From Dehalococcoidia bacterium (GTDB lineage: Bacteria > Chloroflexota > Dehalococcoidia > UBA2979): 64,000 nucleotides of DNA. Positions 45,555 to 55,697 of the stretch are shown piece by piece. The stretch lies in the NCBI GenBank assembly GCA_020845735.1, contig JADLFF010000037.1, positions 2,615-66,614 on the forward strand, in the 5' to 3' direction. The first letter of the stretch is position 1. Each line of letters starts with the position of its first letter. Made by a program: the position numbers and the translations under genes. The notes below the pieces were generated by a model. The model was not told the origin of the DNA and did not search any database. It saw only the letters and a list, made by a program, of their open reading frames with translations.

Positions 45555-46367
45555 ATGGGATCACTCGACGGGAAAGTGGCGCTCGTCGCCGGCGCAAGCC
45601 GGGGCATCGGCGCCGACATCGCGAAGTACCTCGGGGCCGCGGGCGCGAAGGTCGCCGTCGGCGCGCGCACCGAGCAGCAGCGTGACCCGCGCCTGCCCGG
45701 CACCATCCACTCGGTGGTGCAGGAGATCAAGGACGCGGGCGGCGAGGGCATGCCGGTCGTCCTCGACATGCGCCAGTCCGAGAGCATCCAGAACGCGATC
45801 AAGCAGGTCGTCGACGCCTACGGCAAGCTCGACATCCTGGTGAACAACGCGGCGATCTTCGTCCCCGGCAACCTCGAGACCGTCGAGGAGCGCCACATCA
45901 ACCTCAGCCTCGAGGTCAACGTGCGCTCGTACATCCTCGCAATGCGGTACGCGGTGCCGGAGATGCGCAAAGCCGGAGGCGGCCACATCATCAACATCTC
46001 CTCGAGGGGTGCGTTCCCCCTCGGACCCGGCCCCTACACCGAGGACCAGCAGAAGCGCGGCGGCGACATCTTCTACGGCGGCGAGAAGATCGGCCTCGAG
46101 CACTTCTCGCAGCGCATGGCCGCGATGTACCAGGCCGAGAACATCTCGGTGAACGTGCTGTCGCCGGACACCGGCGTGCGCACGCCGGGCAACCGCATGG
46201 CCTCGAACAGCCGCGAGAACCCGGACCTCAACTTCGAGACCGCCGACGACATGGGCCAGGCGACCGTGTGGATCTGCGAGCAGCCCGGCACCTACACGGG
46301 CAACATCCTCTTCGACAAGATCGTGCTGCACGCGGCGGGCATCCCGCTCAAGGGCCCCTTCCGCTAG
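45555..46367 (+). CDS. SDR-family oxidoreductase
   Basis: GKVALVAGASRGIGADIA glycine-rich NAD(P) motif. YxxxK region present. Confidence 0.8.
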   Translation: MGSLDGKVALVAGASRGIGADIAKYLGAAGAKVAVGARTEQQRDPRLPGTIHSVVQEIKDAGGEGMPVVLDMRQSESIQNAIKQVVDAYGKLDILVNNAAIFVPGNLETVEERHINLSLEVNVRSYILAMRYAVPEMRKAGGGHIINISSRGAFPLGPGPYTEDQQKRGGDIFYGGEKIGLEHFSQRMAAMYQAENISVNVLSPDTGVRTPGNRMASNSRENPDLNFETADDMGQATVWICEQPGTYTGNILFDKIVLHAAGIPLKGPFR

Positions 46368-46439
46368 GCGCGCTGCAGCAGGACTCGCGGGTCCCGAGGC
46401 GCATCCCTCGAGGCCCGCGAGCGGACGCCGGAGCGCAGG

Positions 46440-47204
46440 ATGACCACCTTCGCGAGGGGTGCCGAGGCGTACGAGCACTACATGGGCCGGTGGTCCGAGC
46501 GCCTCGTCGCGCCGTTCGCCAGCGCGGCCGGCATCGAGGCCGGCGCCCGCGCCCTCGATGTGGGGTGCGGACCCGGAGCGCTGACCGCCGAGCTCGTCGC
46601 GCGCCTCGGGGCCGCCATGGTCTCGGCGGTGGAGCCGAACCCCGGGTTCCTCGCCGCGGCGAGGGCTCACCAGCCGGACGTCGACATCCGCGAGGCGCTG
46701 GCCGACGACCTGCCGTTCGAGGACAACGAGTTCGACGCCGCGCTCGCGCAGCTCGTCGTCCACTTCATGCCGGATCCCGTCGCCGGCCTGCGCGAGATGG
46801 CGCGCGTGACGCGCTCGGGAGGCGTGGTCGCCGCGTGCGTGTGGGACTACCCCGGCGGCCGAGGCCCGCTCGGTCCCTTCTGGGACGCCGCTCGCGCGCT
46901 GGACCCGGCCGTCGAGGACGAGTCGGGGCTTCCCGGCGTCCGTGACGGTCACCTCGTGGCGCTCCTCGCCGCCGCCGGTCTCATCGATGTGGTCCAGTCT
47001 GAGATCACCGTCAGCCGCGAGTACCCGACCTTCGAGGCGTGGTGGCAGCCGTTCACCCTCGGCATGGGGCCGGGCGGGGTCTACGTCGCTGGCCTGGACG
47101 AGGGGCGGACCGTGGCCCTCCGCGAGCGGTGTCGCTCGCTCCTGCCAGGCGGGCCGTTCGCCCTCGAGGCGACTGCGTGGGCTGCTCGAGGCGTCGTGCG
47201 CTAG
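46440..47204 (+). CDS. Class I SAM-dependent methyltransferase
   Basis: ALDVGCGPGALTAEL motif I. LPFEDNEFD post-I acidic motif. Confidence 0.7.
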   Translation: MTTFARGAEAYEHYMGRWSERLVAPFASAAGIEAGARALDVGCGPGALTAELVARLGAAMVSAVEPNPGFLAAARAHQPDVDIREALADDLPFEDNEFDAALAQLVVHFMPDPVAGLREMARVTRSGGVVAACVWDYPGGRGPLGPFWDAARALDPAVEDESGLPGVRDGHLVALLAAAGLIDVVQSEITVSREYPTFEAWWQPFTLGMGPGGVYVAGLDEGRTVALRERCRSLLPGGPFALEATAWAARGVVR

Positions 47205-47225
47205 TCCTCGAGCGGTGGGGCCGCC

Positions 47226-48536
47226 TCAGTCCTTGCGTTCGCCGATCGCGAGGACGTGCCCATCGCCACCCTCCGAGGCGTCACGCAGCGTCGCGCCCAG
47301 CCCGTCCGGCATCGGAGCCGCGAGCTTCGCCCAGAAGTCGGGGAAGGTCTTCGACACACACGAGGGGTTGCGAATCAGCATGCCGGGGACGAACAGGCCC
47401 AGCGTGCCGAAGCACATCGCGACGCGGTGGTCCTCGTAGGTCTCGATCGTGGCGCCGTGCAGGAGGTCGCGCGAGGGGTGCACGAGCAGGTCGTCGCCCA
47501 GCATCTCGATGCGCGCGCCACACCTCGAGAGCCCCTCGTAGAGGGCCTCGACGCGGTCGCACTCCTGGACGCGCAGCCTCGCGAGGTCCACGAAGCGCGT
47601 CGGGCGGTCGAAGAGGGGCGCGAGCACGATCGCGGTCATGATGCTGTCCCCGAGGTCCGTGGTGCGCGAGACCACCTCGGGTGCGCGGCCCGCGACGACC
47701 TCGTCGCAGTAGCGCGCGAACCGCTCGTCGAACTGCCAGCCTGACGAGGGCCAGTTCGCCACCTCGACGGGGTGCGCGCGCTCGTCGCCGCGGAGGCGTG
47801 CCGCGAGGTCGGCCCCGACGAAGTAGCTCCCGCTCGACGTGTCGCCCTCGATGGCGTACTCGCCGGCCTCGGGGAAGACGCCGAGCATCTGCTCCGTCAT
47901 CGCGACGTACGGCGACTCGTCGGCGTTGGCGTCGGTGACCTCGATCTCCCAGCCGCCCTGCCTCGAGGAGAGCAGCAGCGCCGAGGCGAACTGCGAGCTC
48001 TCGGCGATGCTCACCGTGCACCGACCCGGCCTCGGACCGGCGGCGTGGACCACGGCCGGGAGACGGTCACCCGGCGCGTCGACCTCGTAGCCGAGCTGGC
48101 GGAGCGAGTCGAATAGCGCCGCCTGCGGGCGCTCGTGCATCCTCGCGGTGCCGTGCAGCCGGTAGGCGCCGCTGCCGAGGGCCACGAACGCCATGAGGAA
48201 TCGCGCAGCCGTGCCCGCGTTGCCCACGTACAGATCGAGCGGCGCCTCAGGGGTGCCGCCTGGCCCGAGGTGTCCCCCGCCGCTGACCTCGATCGTGCAG
48301 TTGGAGGGCTCGGCGGGGTCATCCTCGACGGTCACGTCCATGCCGAGGGCGCGCAGGGCGTCGACCATCACCTGTGTGTCATCGGACCAGAGGGCGCCGC
48401 GCAGCGTGATCGGACCGGGTGCGTGGGCCGCGAGGATCAGCGCGCGGTTGGTCTCGCTCTTCGAGCCCGGGACGGTCATCCGAGCGCGCAGCAACCCCTG
48501 GGGTGGCACGATCTCGATGGTTGCTGGGAGTGCCAT
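47226..48536 (-). CDS. aroA: 3-phosphoshikimate 1-carboxyvinyltransferase (EPSP synthase)
   Basis: VPGSKSETNRALILAA and LWSDDTQVMVDALRALG match EPSP-synthase signatures. 436 aa after trimming track ORF 47226..49175. Confidence 0.85.
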   Translation of the reverse strand: MALPATIEIVPPQGLLRARMTVPGSKSETNRALILAAHAPGPITLRGALWSDDTQVMVDALRALGMDVTVEDDPAEPSNCTIEVSGGGHLGPGGTPEAPLDLYVGNAGTAARFLMAFVALGSGAYRLHGTARMHERPQAALFDSLRQLGYEVDAPGDRLPAVVHAAGPRPGRCTVSIAESSQFASALLLSSRQGGWEIEVTDANADESPYVAMTEQMLGVFPEAGEYAIEGDTSSGSYFVGADLAARLRGDERAHPVEVANWPSSGWQFDERFARYCDEVVAGRAPEVVSRTTDLGDSIMTAIVLAPLFDRPTRFVDLARLRVQECDRVEALYEGLSRCGARIEMLGDDLLVHPSRDLLHGATIETYEDHRVAMCFGTLGLFVPGMLIRNPSCVSKTFPDFWAKLAAPMPDGLGATLRDASEGGDGHVLAIGERKD

Positions 48537-48541
48537 TCGAC

Positions 48542-48925
48542 TTACCCTCGGCGCGCCGGGCTGGGTGCCCCGGCGCGTTCGCGCACCACCTCGGCGAGGA
48601 TGTCGCGGTGGCACGGATCGTGCGAGCTGCAGAGGAGCACGACGCCGGTCGTCGAGGCCATGCGCACCACCCAGTCGAGGAGCTCCGGTCGTGCCTCGAC
48701 CTGCGCGCGGTAACGCGAGGCGAACTCGTCCCAGTCGATGGCCTCCGACTGGTACTCCTTGAGGAGCTCGGTGGATGGTCCGAGTTCGCGCTCCCACTGG
48801 TCGACAGCACCCTTCGCGATCCCACGAGGCCAGCGCCGCATGATGAGGAGGCGCGGGTACGCCTCGTCGGGTGGGTGATAGACCGAGCCGGTCGCGAGCT
48901 GCAAGACAGGAGTGGCGTTGCTCAT
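48542..48925 (-). CDS. DUF488-like small protein
   Basis: YHPPDEAYPRLLIMRRWPRG...WERELGPSTELLKEY pattern. Trimmed to MSNATP. Confidence 0.45.
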   Translation of the reverse strand: MSNATPVLQLATGSVYHPPDEAYPRLLIMRRWPRGIAKGAVDQWERELGPSTELLKEYQSEAIDWDEFASRYRAQVEARPELLDWVVRMASTTGVVLLCSSHDPCHRDILAEVVRERAGAPSPARRG

Positions 48926-49998
48926 GCCCCGGCGCCCCCGGTCCACGCGATCGTGTGCGCCATCGTCCGAGGCAGGTCGGGGTCCTCGCCACCCGCGAGC
49001 GACGAGATGGCGGCAAGCTCCCCGGCGAGGGCGTAGAGGTGCGTGCCCTGGAGGAGCAGCAGGTCCTGCACACGCTGGTCGCCGCGCTCGGGGATGCGAG
49101 AGCGGCGGACGACCTCGGCGAGGCGTTCCGCCGTGAGGCTCTCGAGGTAGGGCGTGCCGCGCGCGAGGGCTGCACGCAGGGCCGCCAGCGCCTCGGGGTA
49201 CGGGGGCTGCGAGGCGGGGTCGCCGAAGCGGACGTGGGCCTCGGCGAGCCACGGGTCGGCCTCGAGGAGCTGGGCGTGGACGCTCCAGTACTGGTCCTCC
49301 TGCTCGGCGATGTGGGCCACGATCCAGCCGCCCGAGTTCAGGCGGTCGAACGCGCCTCGCTGGGCCGGGACCGGCACGCCCTCGGCGACCACGAGGAAGG
49401 CCTCGCGGGCGTCGAGGACGAAGCGCGCCAGGATCGGGAGGCCGGCGTCGCCCGCCTCGGCAGGGCCGAGCGGCGCGCCGTAGGCGCCGGGGAGTGCCCC
49501 CGGCAGTCCGAGGTCGGCGCGGCGGAGCAGTGAGGAGGTCACCGAGAGCTCACCGGCGTGCGCGAAGAGGTGCGCCACCGCGCGGATGAGGAGGTGGCCG
49601 ACACGCTGTCCCTCGAGGAAGGAGTCCGGGCGGACCGGCGCCACCCGCGCGAGGTCGCCCTCGGCGAGGTTCACGACATAGTCCTCGGCGCGGGCGCGCA
49701 CCCGCTCGAAGGCGGCCTGCGCGTCGAGGAACGCCACGGGCGCCGAGTGCGGCTGCGCCTCGAAGTCCGCGCACCACGGGTCGCGCTCCGCGGCGGCGCA
49801 GTAGGCGTTGACCCACTTGTCGAGTGTGGCCGCGCCGTGGGCCGCCGTCCATGCCGCGTTGCTGAGTCGACCGACCGGGCCGCCTCGACCGGGGGGCGGG
49901 ACGTTCTCGATGTGCCGCCCGTACTCATGGAGTGCGTCCCGGAAGAGGCGGACGACGACCGGGGTCGAGGGCTGGGCGTCGGGACGGACGTCTGGCAT
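48922..49998 (-). CDS. DinB-like (DinB_2) four-helix-bundle family protein, possibly duplicated domain
   Basis: Two helical halves with His-containing motifs (LFAHAGEL...; HLYALAGEL). Low-confidence family call. Confidence 0.4.
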   Translation of the reverse strand: MPDVRPDAQPSTPVVVRLFRDALHEYGRHIENVPPPGRGGPVGRLSNAAWTAAHGAATLDKWVNAYCAAAERDPWCADFEAQPHSAPVAFLDAQAAFERVRARAEDYVVNLAEGDLARVAPVRPDSFLEGQRVGHLLIRAVAHLFAHAGELSVTSSLLRRADLGLPGALPGAYGAPLGPAEAGDAGLPILARFVLDAREAFLVVAEGVPVPAQRGAFDRLNSGGWIVAHIAEQEDQYWSVHAQLLEADPWLAEAHVRFGDPASQPPYPEALAALRAALARGTPYLESLTAERLAEVVRRSRIPERGDQRVQDLLLLQGTHLYALAGELAAISSLAGGEDPDLPRTMAHTIAWTGGAGA

Positions 49999-50446
49999 CG
50001 GGTGCTCCTGCCCGAATCATACGACCGCCGTCGCCCAGCCCTGCGCCCAGCCCTCGGGCCGGGCGCGCCTACCGAGGGGAAGCGACCTGCCTCGGTGGCG
50101 GCGCCGCGGGCCGTGCCCCTGCTAGGCGGCGCGCCGGCCCTCGAGGCGTGGCGCGGACTCCAGCAGGGAGCCGGCGACACCCCGAGGGCGGGCGACCGTG
50201 GGACGGGGGAGCGGGGCGCGCTCGGTGGGTGCGATGAGCACGCCGCTGCGCCACTGCTGCACGAGGACGACCGAGACGGCGCCAAGCATTGCGCCGAGGA
50301 CCAGGACGAGCAGCATTCGAGCCCCCTCTCGCGCCTCGGCGGGGAGCCGAGGCGACCGTGCCAGCGTTCGAACGGATGTACGTTCCGAACAAGGAGAGGG
50401 TAGAACGGGCGTGCGGATTGTTCAAGCCTCGGATGGCACGGGGTGG

Positions 50447-51778
50447 CTACGGCTGGCCGGTCTGCGGACCAATCGACGTCTGGCCGCTGAGGTAGGGGCG
50501 GAGGGGCGGGGGCACCTCGATGGAGCCGTCCTCGAGGCGGTACTGCTCGAGGACGGTGGCGAGCACCCTCGGGAGGGCCGTGCCGGAGCCGTTCAGCGTG
50601 TGGAGGTGCCGGACGGTGCCGGTGGCATCTCGATAGCGGAGGTTGGCGCGGCGGGCCTGGAACGCCTCGAAGTTGGAGACCGAGGAGACCTCGAGCCACT
50701 CTGCGGCGCCGGGCGCCCACACCTCGATGTCGTAGGTCATGGCGGAGGAGAAGGTGAGGTCGGCGGTGGCGAGGCGGATCACGCGGTAGCGGAAGCCGAG
50801 GCGGCGGACCACCTCGAGGGCGTCCGTGAGGAGGCGGTCGAGGGCGGCCCACGATTCGCCCTCGGGGGTGAAGTGGACGAGTTCGACCTTGTCGAACTGC
50901 CAGCCGCGCTTGATGCCGCGCACCTCGCGGCCGGCGCTGAACTGCTCGTGGCGGAAGGAGGGGGAGTAGGCGCAGTAGTGAAGGGGGAGGTCGGCCTCGG
51001 CGAGGATCTCGTCGCGGTACATGTTGGTGACGGGCACCTCGGCGGTGGGGATGAGCCAGAGGTCCGTGCCTTCGAGGTGGAACATGGTGTCGGCGAACTT
51101 TGGGAGCTGGCCGGTGCCGACGAGGCTGTCCGAGCGGACGAGGGCCTGCGGGTAGACCTCGGTGTAGCCGTGGGAGCGGTGCAGGTCGAGCATCCACGCG
51201 ATGAGGGCACGCTGGAGGCGGGCGCCGTCGCCGCGGAGGAGGTAGAACGACGAGCCTGCGAGCTTCGTGCCGCGTGTGAAATCGATGAGGCCGAGCTCCT
51301 CGCCGATCTCCCAGTGCGGCTTGCGCGCCGACGCGACCTCGGGAGTGGGTTCGTCGGCGACGCGCCGCGGGGGATCGGGGCGGCGCTCCCAGCCGGCTGT
51401 GCCGTCGCCCTCGATCACGATGACCGCGTCCTCCTCGAGGCCGACCGGGACGTCGGGGTGGGGCAGGTTGGGGACCTGGAGGAGCAGCGCGTCGAGCTCG
51501 GCTTCGAACTCACGGAGGCGGCCCTCCAGCTCGTCGAGCCTGCCGCCGACCGCGCGCTGTGCCTCGATCAGACGCTGGCGCTCCTCGGGATCCCTGGCGC
51601 CGCCGATCGCCTTGCTGGCCGTGTTGCGCTCGGCGCGCATGGCCTCGACGTCCTGGAGGAGGGCGCGGCGGTAGGCGTCGAGCTCGAGGATGCGGTCGAG
51701 GGGAGCCTCGGTGTGCCGTTGCTGGAGGGCGCGGCGGACGTCCTCGGTGCGTTCGCGGAGGGTCTGGATCGACAGCAT
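50447..51778 (-). CDS. serS: Seryl-tRNA synthetase
   Basis: N-terminal coiled-coil arm. Class II motifs (FRHEQFSAGREVRGIKRGWQFDKVE; GSGTALPRVLATVLE). Confidence 0.9.
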   Translation of the reverse strand: MLSIQTLRERTEDVRRALQQRHTEAPLDRILELDAYRRALLQDVEAMRAERNTASKAIGGARDPEERQRLIEAQRAVGGRLDELEGRLREFEAELDALLLQVPNLPHPDVPVGLEEDAVIVIEGDGTAGWERRPDPPRRVADEPTPEVASARKPHWEIGEELGLIDFTRGTKLAGSSFYLLRGDGARLQRALIAWMLDLHRSHGYTEVYPQALVRSDSLVGTGQLPKFADTMFHLEGTDLWLIPTAEVPVTNMYRDEILAEADLPLHYCAYSPSFRHEQFSAGREVRGIKRGWQFDKVELVHFTPEGESWAALDRLLTDALEVVRRLGFRYRVIRLATADLTFSSAMTYDIEVWAPGAAEWLEVSSVSNFEAFQARRANLRYRDATGTVRHLHTLNGSGTALPRVLATVLEQYRLEDGSIEVPPPLRPYLSGQTSIGPQTGQP

Positions 51779-51836
51779 CGCGGTCCCTATCGGTCTGCAG
51801 CGAGGACGGGCCGTCCGCCCTCGGGGTCAGTGCCAG

Positions 51837-52334
51837 TCAGACGGCCGTCGTCGCAGCGGCGGCGGCCGCGGCGATGGCGGCGAGGCCGAGGCGGCGCACG
51901 TCGTCCGGGATGGGCGTGGGTGGGCCGTCGGGCGGGGTGAGCGTGGCGCCCTCGCGGAGCTGTTGCTCGTCGACCCAGGTCCAGCCCAGCACCTCGGGAA
52001 GCTGGAGGGAGGAGCCGGGGAGGGGGCGCGTGAAGTAGACGAAGTCGATGTGCTGGTGGGGCCCGTCCGTGCGGCTGTCGCGCGGGATGTCGTAGACGCC
52101 GATGGTGACGGGCGGCGGGAGCTGGGGCGGCTCGGTGATGCCGAGGGGGATCTGCCCGAGGACCTGGACGTGGAGCTCGGTCTCCTCGAGGACCTCGCGG
52201 ATGACGGCCTGCACCGGGTCTTCGTCGCGCTCGATGTGTCCGCCGGGCGGGAGCCAGAGGCCGTGGCGGTGCCAGTGGAGGGCGGTGCGGCCGCCCTCGC
52301 TGACGAAGCCGCTGACGGTGAAGTGGCGCTCCAT
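51837..52334 (-). CDS. NUDIX hydrolase
   Basis: Nudix box GGHIERDEDPVQAVIREVLEETEL. Confidence 0.8.
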   Translation of the reverse strand: MERHFTVSGFVSEGGRTALHWHRHGLWLPPGGHIERDEDPVQAVIREVLEETELHVQVLGQIPLGITEPPQLPPPVTIGVYDIPRDSRTDGPHQHIDFVYFTRPLPGSSLQLPEVLGWTWVDEQQLREGATLTPPDGPPTPIPDDVRRLGLAAIAAAAAAATTAV

Positions 52335-52494
52335 CGAGGGAGCCTACGTCCGCATCGACGCGCGGGCAACGCGCCTGGGTGGGGCCTCGGTGGGTGGGGC
52401 GTGACCGGACGGCGCGGCCGGCGAGGTGGGTGCGACTTGATTGTTCCGGAACTATCGGCTTGACACACCCAGCGTGCATCACTAAGATTGCGCC

Positions 52495-53469
52495 ATGCAC
52501 AACGAACCGACGCGCAAGGGCTCCCTCGTATCGCTGACGGACGGCACTCTCACTGAGGCCGAGGCGCGCGCGATGCTTGAGCGAATAAGGTGGCCCGAAC
52601 GCGTCCGGTGCATTTTCGAAGACTGCGGCGGGGCAGACGTGTACCGCGTTGAGGTCGCCGCCAAGACGTACCCAGCCACGGCGACGCGCAAGGGGCGGAC
52701 GGTCGGCGCGCGGTCGCTCTACAAGTGCAAGTCCTGTCGGCGACAGTTCAGCGTTACCAAGGGCACCATCTTCGAGGACAGCAAGATTCCTCTGCGGACG
52801 TGGATAGTCGTCATGTACCGCATGTGCTCCTCGAAGAAGGGCGTCTCGGCGCTACAGATCCAGCGCGAGTTCGGGCTGTCGTACGAGTCCGCCTGGTTCA
52901 TGTGCCACCGCATCCGCTACGCCATGCAGGACAAGTCCCCAAAACTGCTGTCGGGCACCGTCGAGGCTGACGAGACCTACGTCGGCGGGAAGGTCCGTGG
53001 GCGCGGTCACGGGTACCGCAAGAACAAGACGATCGTCTTTGGCATGGTCGAGCGCGACGGCAACGCGCGGACGCACGTCGTGCCCGACAACTCGGGGCCG
53101 ACGCTCAAGCCGCTGCTGCACGCTGCTATCGACACCAAGAACGCACGCCTGATGACTGACGAGTGGCGAGCCTACAACGGCATAGAGAAGTCCCTGCCGC
53201 ACGGGGTAATCCGACACAAGTCCGAATACGCCCGGGGCGACATTCACACGAACACAATCGAGTCGTACTGGGCGATCCTCAAGCGTGGCTTGATAGGCGT
53301 CTACCACAACGTGGATGCAGGCTATCTCCCCATGTACGCGAGCGAGTTCGAGTTCCGGTACAACCGGCGGAAGGTCAAGGACGCGGAGCGTTTCGCTTCG
53401 CTGCTCGGGCAGGTCGAGGGCCGCCTTGACTGGTACCTTCCCGCGCCGGAGTCGCCTTCGACTTCTTAG
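52495..53469 (+). CDS. IS1595-family transposase (zinc-ribbon + DDE)
   Basis: CKSCRRQFSVTKGTIFEDSKIPLRTW zinc-ribbon/HTH N-terminus. DDE core (VEADETYVGGK...; ...NTIESYWAILKRG). Confidence 0.8.
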   Translation: MHNEPTRKGSLVSLTDGTLTEAEARAMLERIRWPERVRCIFEDCGGADVYRVEVAAKTYPATATRKGRTVGARSLYKCKSCRRQFSVTKGTIFEDSKIPLRTWIVVMYRMCSSKKGVSALQIQREFGLSYESAWFMCHRIRYAMQDKSPKLLSGTVEADETYVGGKVRGRGHGYRKNKTIVFGMVERDGNARTHVVPDNSGPTLKPLLHAAIDTKNARLMTDEWRAYNGIEKSLPHGVIRHKSEYARGDIHTNTIESYWAILKRGLIGVYHNVDAGYLPMYASEFEFRYNRRKVKDAERFASLLGQVEGRLDWYLPAPESPSTS

Positions 53470-53566
53470 GCATCGGCCCAGCCTCTATCGCCCTGCGGAG
53501 CGCCTCCTCGATGGTCATGCCGTCGAGGGAGATGCGTGTGTCCTCGGGCTTCTTGCGGTCGGGCAT
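53375..53566 (-). CDS. Small ORF overlapping the transposase 3' end on the opposite strand (doubtful)
   Basis: MPDRKKPEDTRISLDGMTIEEALRRAIEAGPMPKKSK. Overlaps the transposase by about 95 nt; may be a shadow ORF. Confidence 0.15.
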   Translation of the reverse strand: MPDRKKPEDTRISLDGMTIEEALRRAIEAGPMPKKSKATPAREGTSQGGPRPARAAKRNAPRP

Positions 53567-53966
53567 CTTGTCCCCCTGAGATCTGCTCACACACCTACTC
53601 TGAGACACCATCACTAGCGTGATCGATGCACAGCCTGTAGAGTGCGAAACAGCCGCCCGGAGGCGGCTGCGTGTGAGCGGCTGACGCCGCGACCGAGGGG
53701 TTCTGCTGGTGTGGCAGCCGCAGAGTATTCCCCCTCGATCAAACCGTCAACCGACTCGCCGCCTTGGTTTCGTGTTGCCGTTTCCCGGCTCGATGCCGGT
53801 CATGGATCGCGCGTTCCGCATGGACGCGGAGTTGAAGGCGGAGGGAACGTTGACGGTCCGGTGTCGCGAAACTGTCCCGCCAACGTCCCCCCTCAGGGAG
53901 GGTTGGTCCCCGTGCGGTTCATAGTCGCACGCACAACAGCGTGTCGTCATTAGGGACTAGCGCGGG

Positions 53967-55583
53967 CTAGATCGCTCGCAGCCGTGGCCGCGTCTCCGCT
54001 CGAGACGCGGCCACGGGCAGTTGCGGGCGGACTCCTGCGAACAGGTCCGCGACTGTCACGAGCTGGAGCCGTGGGATGCCGTCCTCACTCACCCCAGCAT
54101 CGACGGCGGCACGTCGCATTGGTCCAGTCGGCTCGTGCAATGACACGAACACGCCGGTTTCGGCGTTCTCCCGCGTCACCGTGCCGTGGAGGTCGCGTAG
54201 GTCGCTTGGCTTGATGCCGCCACCCTTGACCGACACCAACGCCTTCCAGGTATCGCCGTTGTCGTACACGCCGACGATCTCCCCGTCGATACCGCGGTCT
54301 GCACCACGGCGCATCTCGCCGGGTATGCCGAGCCGCGCACGTACCCACTGCTGAAACTCGTTCTTGTCCTTGCGTGCCAGCGCTACCGCTTCGTCGATCG
54401 TGGTCGGTTCGATCAGGAATGTGTATTCGACCGCACCGTGTTGATCGCGAATGCGCTCCTCGATGATGTCGGTGGCGAGCCTCGTCACGTCGATGCCGAT
54501 CCACCGGCGGTTCAGCTTGATTGCCGCGTCCATCGCTGTACCGCATCCACAGAATGGGTCAAGAACCACATCGCCCTCGTTGCTCGACATTTCGAGGATG
54601 CGCTCAAGGAGCGCCAGCGGCTTCTGTGTCGGATACCCCAGCCGCTCTGCATCGTGGGCTTGGAGTGGCGAGATATCGTCCCAGATCGTGCCAACCGGCA
54701 TCCCGGGCATTTCGTCTAGGTATCGTTTCTGACGAGGCACGCGACCGGGTTTAGTCTGAACAATGCGGCCTGCCACGTGGAGTTCACGCATCCGATCACG
54801 ACTGAACCGCCAGTACCGAGTCACGCCCAGGAACTCGTAGTGCGGGTTTCGCTTCTCCGGACTCGCTCCACCTGGGGCGGTGATGTCGTATAAGCCGTAG
54901 CGCCGACCTGATGGGACTTCCGTGAATCGATAGAAGCGATCAACGTAGGACTGGTCGTACGGTCGGTACGGCTGATGCCACGTGCGCTTTTCGGATGCAC
55001 CATAGAACAAGAGCACGTCGTGAATTCGCCCTAGGTGCCTCGCTCCCTGAGCCGCGTCGTTGTGAGATGACTGGCGCTTCCAGATGATCTCATTGACGAA
55101 GTTCGATGGGCCAAAGATGGCGTCAAGCAACATCTTCAGGTAGTGACTCGCGGTCGGATCGCAGTGCAGGTAGAGGCTGCCAGTCGGCTTGAGAACACGC
55201 CGTAGTTCGATCAGCCGTGGAGCCATCATCGTCAGGTACGCCAGCATGTCGCTGCCGCTGTTCGTGCCGCTGCCACCAAGGAACTCATGGAAGGCGCGCA
55301 GCACGCGCGACACGTCCCCGCCGAGGGCCACTACCTCGCGGTAGAGTGCCGCCGATGCCTGGTCCCAGCGCCACGTGTCATCGAACGCCTTGGCCTGCGC
55401 GGCGGGCAGGCGACCATCCTGATGCTTGAACAGCAGGTTATAACTGCGGTTCGAGTTGAACGGCGGATCGAGATAGACGAGATCAACCGACTCGTCAGCG
55501 ACGTGATGACGCAGCACGTCAAGGTTATCCCCGAGGTACAACCTCCCCGCTGGCTCGAATCGCAACTGTCCACGACGGTTCAT
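53967..55583 (-). CDS. Beta-class amino-DNA methyltransferase (N6A/N4C) fused to C-terminal Mrr-like restriction endonuclease domain
   Basis: Motif IV LDPPFNS precedes motif I VLDPFCGCGTAMDAA, the beta-class order. C-terminal ADRGIDGEIV...VSVKGGG matches the Mrr_cat pattern (D..GIDG, ...K). Trimmed to ATG 55583 (MNRRGQ). Confidence 0.75.
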   Translation of the reverse strand: MNRRGQLRFEPAGRLYLGDNLDVLRHHVADESVDLVYLDPPFNSNRSYNLLFKHQDGRLPAAQAKAFDDTWRWDQASAALYREVVALGGDVSRVLRAFHEFLGGSGTNSGSDMLAYLTMMAPRLIELRRVLKPTGSLYLHCDPTASHYLKMLLDAIFGPSNFVNEIIWKRQSSHNDAAQGARHLGRIHDVLLFYGASEKRTWHQPYRPYDQSYVDRFYRFTEVPSGRRYGLYDITAPGGASPEKRNPHYEFLGVTRYWRFSRDRMRELHVAGRIVQTKPGRVPRQKRYLDEMPGMPVGTIWDDISPLQAHDAERLGYPTQKPLALLERILEMSSNEGDVVLDPFCGCGTAMDAAIKLNRRWIGIDVTRLATDIIEERIRDQHGAVEYTFLIEPTTIDEAVALARKDKNEFQQWVRARLGIPGEMRRGADRGIDGEIVGVYDNGDTWKALVSVKGGGIKPSDLRDLHGTVTRENAETGVFVSLHEPTGPMRRAAVDAGVSEDGIPRLQLVTVADLFAGVRPQLPVAASRAETRPRLRAI

Positions 55584-55697
55584 CACACACGAGCGTGTAT
55601 GGCAAAGGTGGATAAACCGTCGTGTACGTGTGGGTAGGGCTGGTGACGGAAAGCGGACGCCTGCTCCAGCCATCATCCACCTGAACTTGTGGGTGTG

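Noticed and set aside
50198-51940. 580-aa plus-strand ORF over serS
   Set aside because: Antisense to an unambiguous seryl-tRNA synthetase. GAEV-rich shadow frame.
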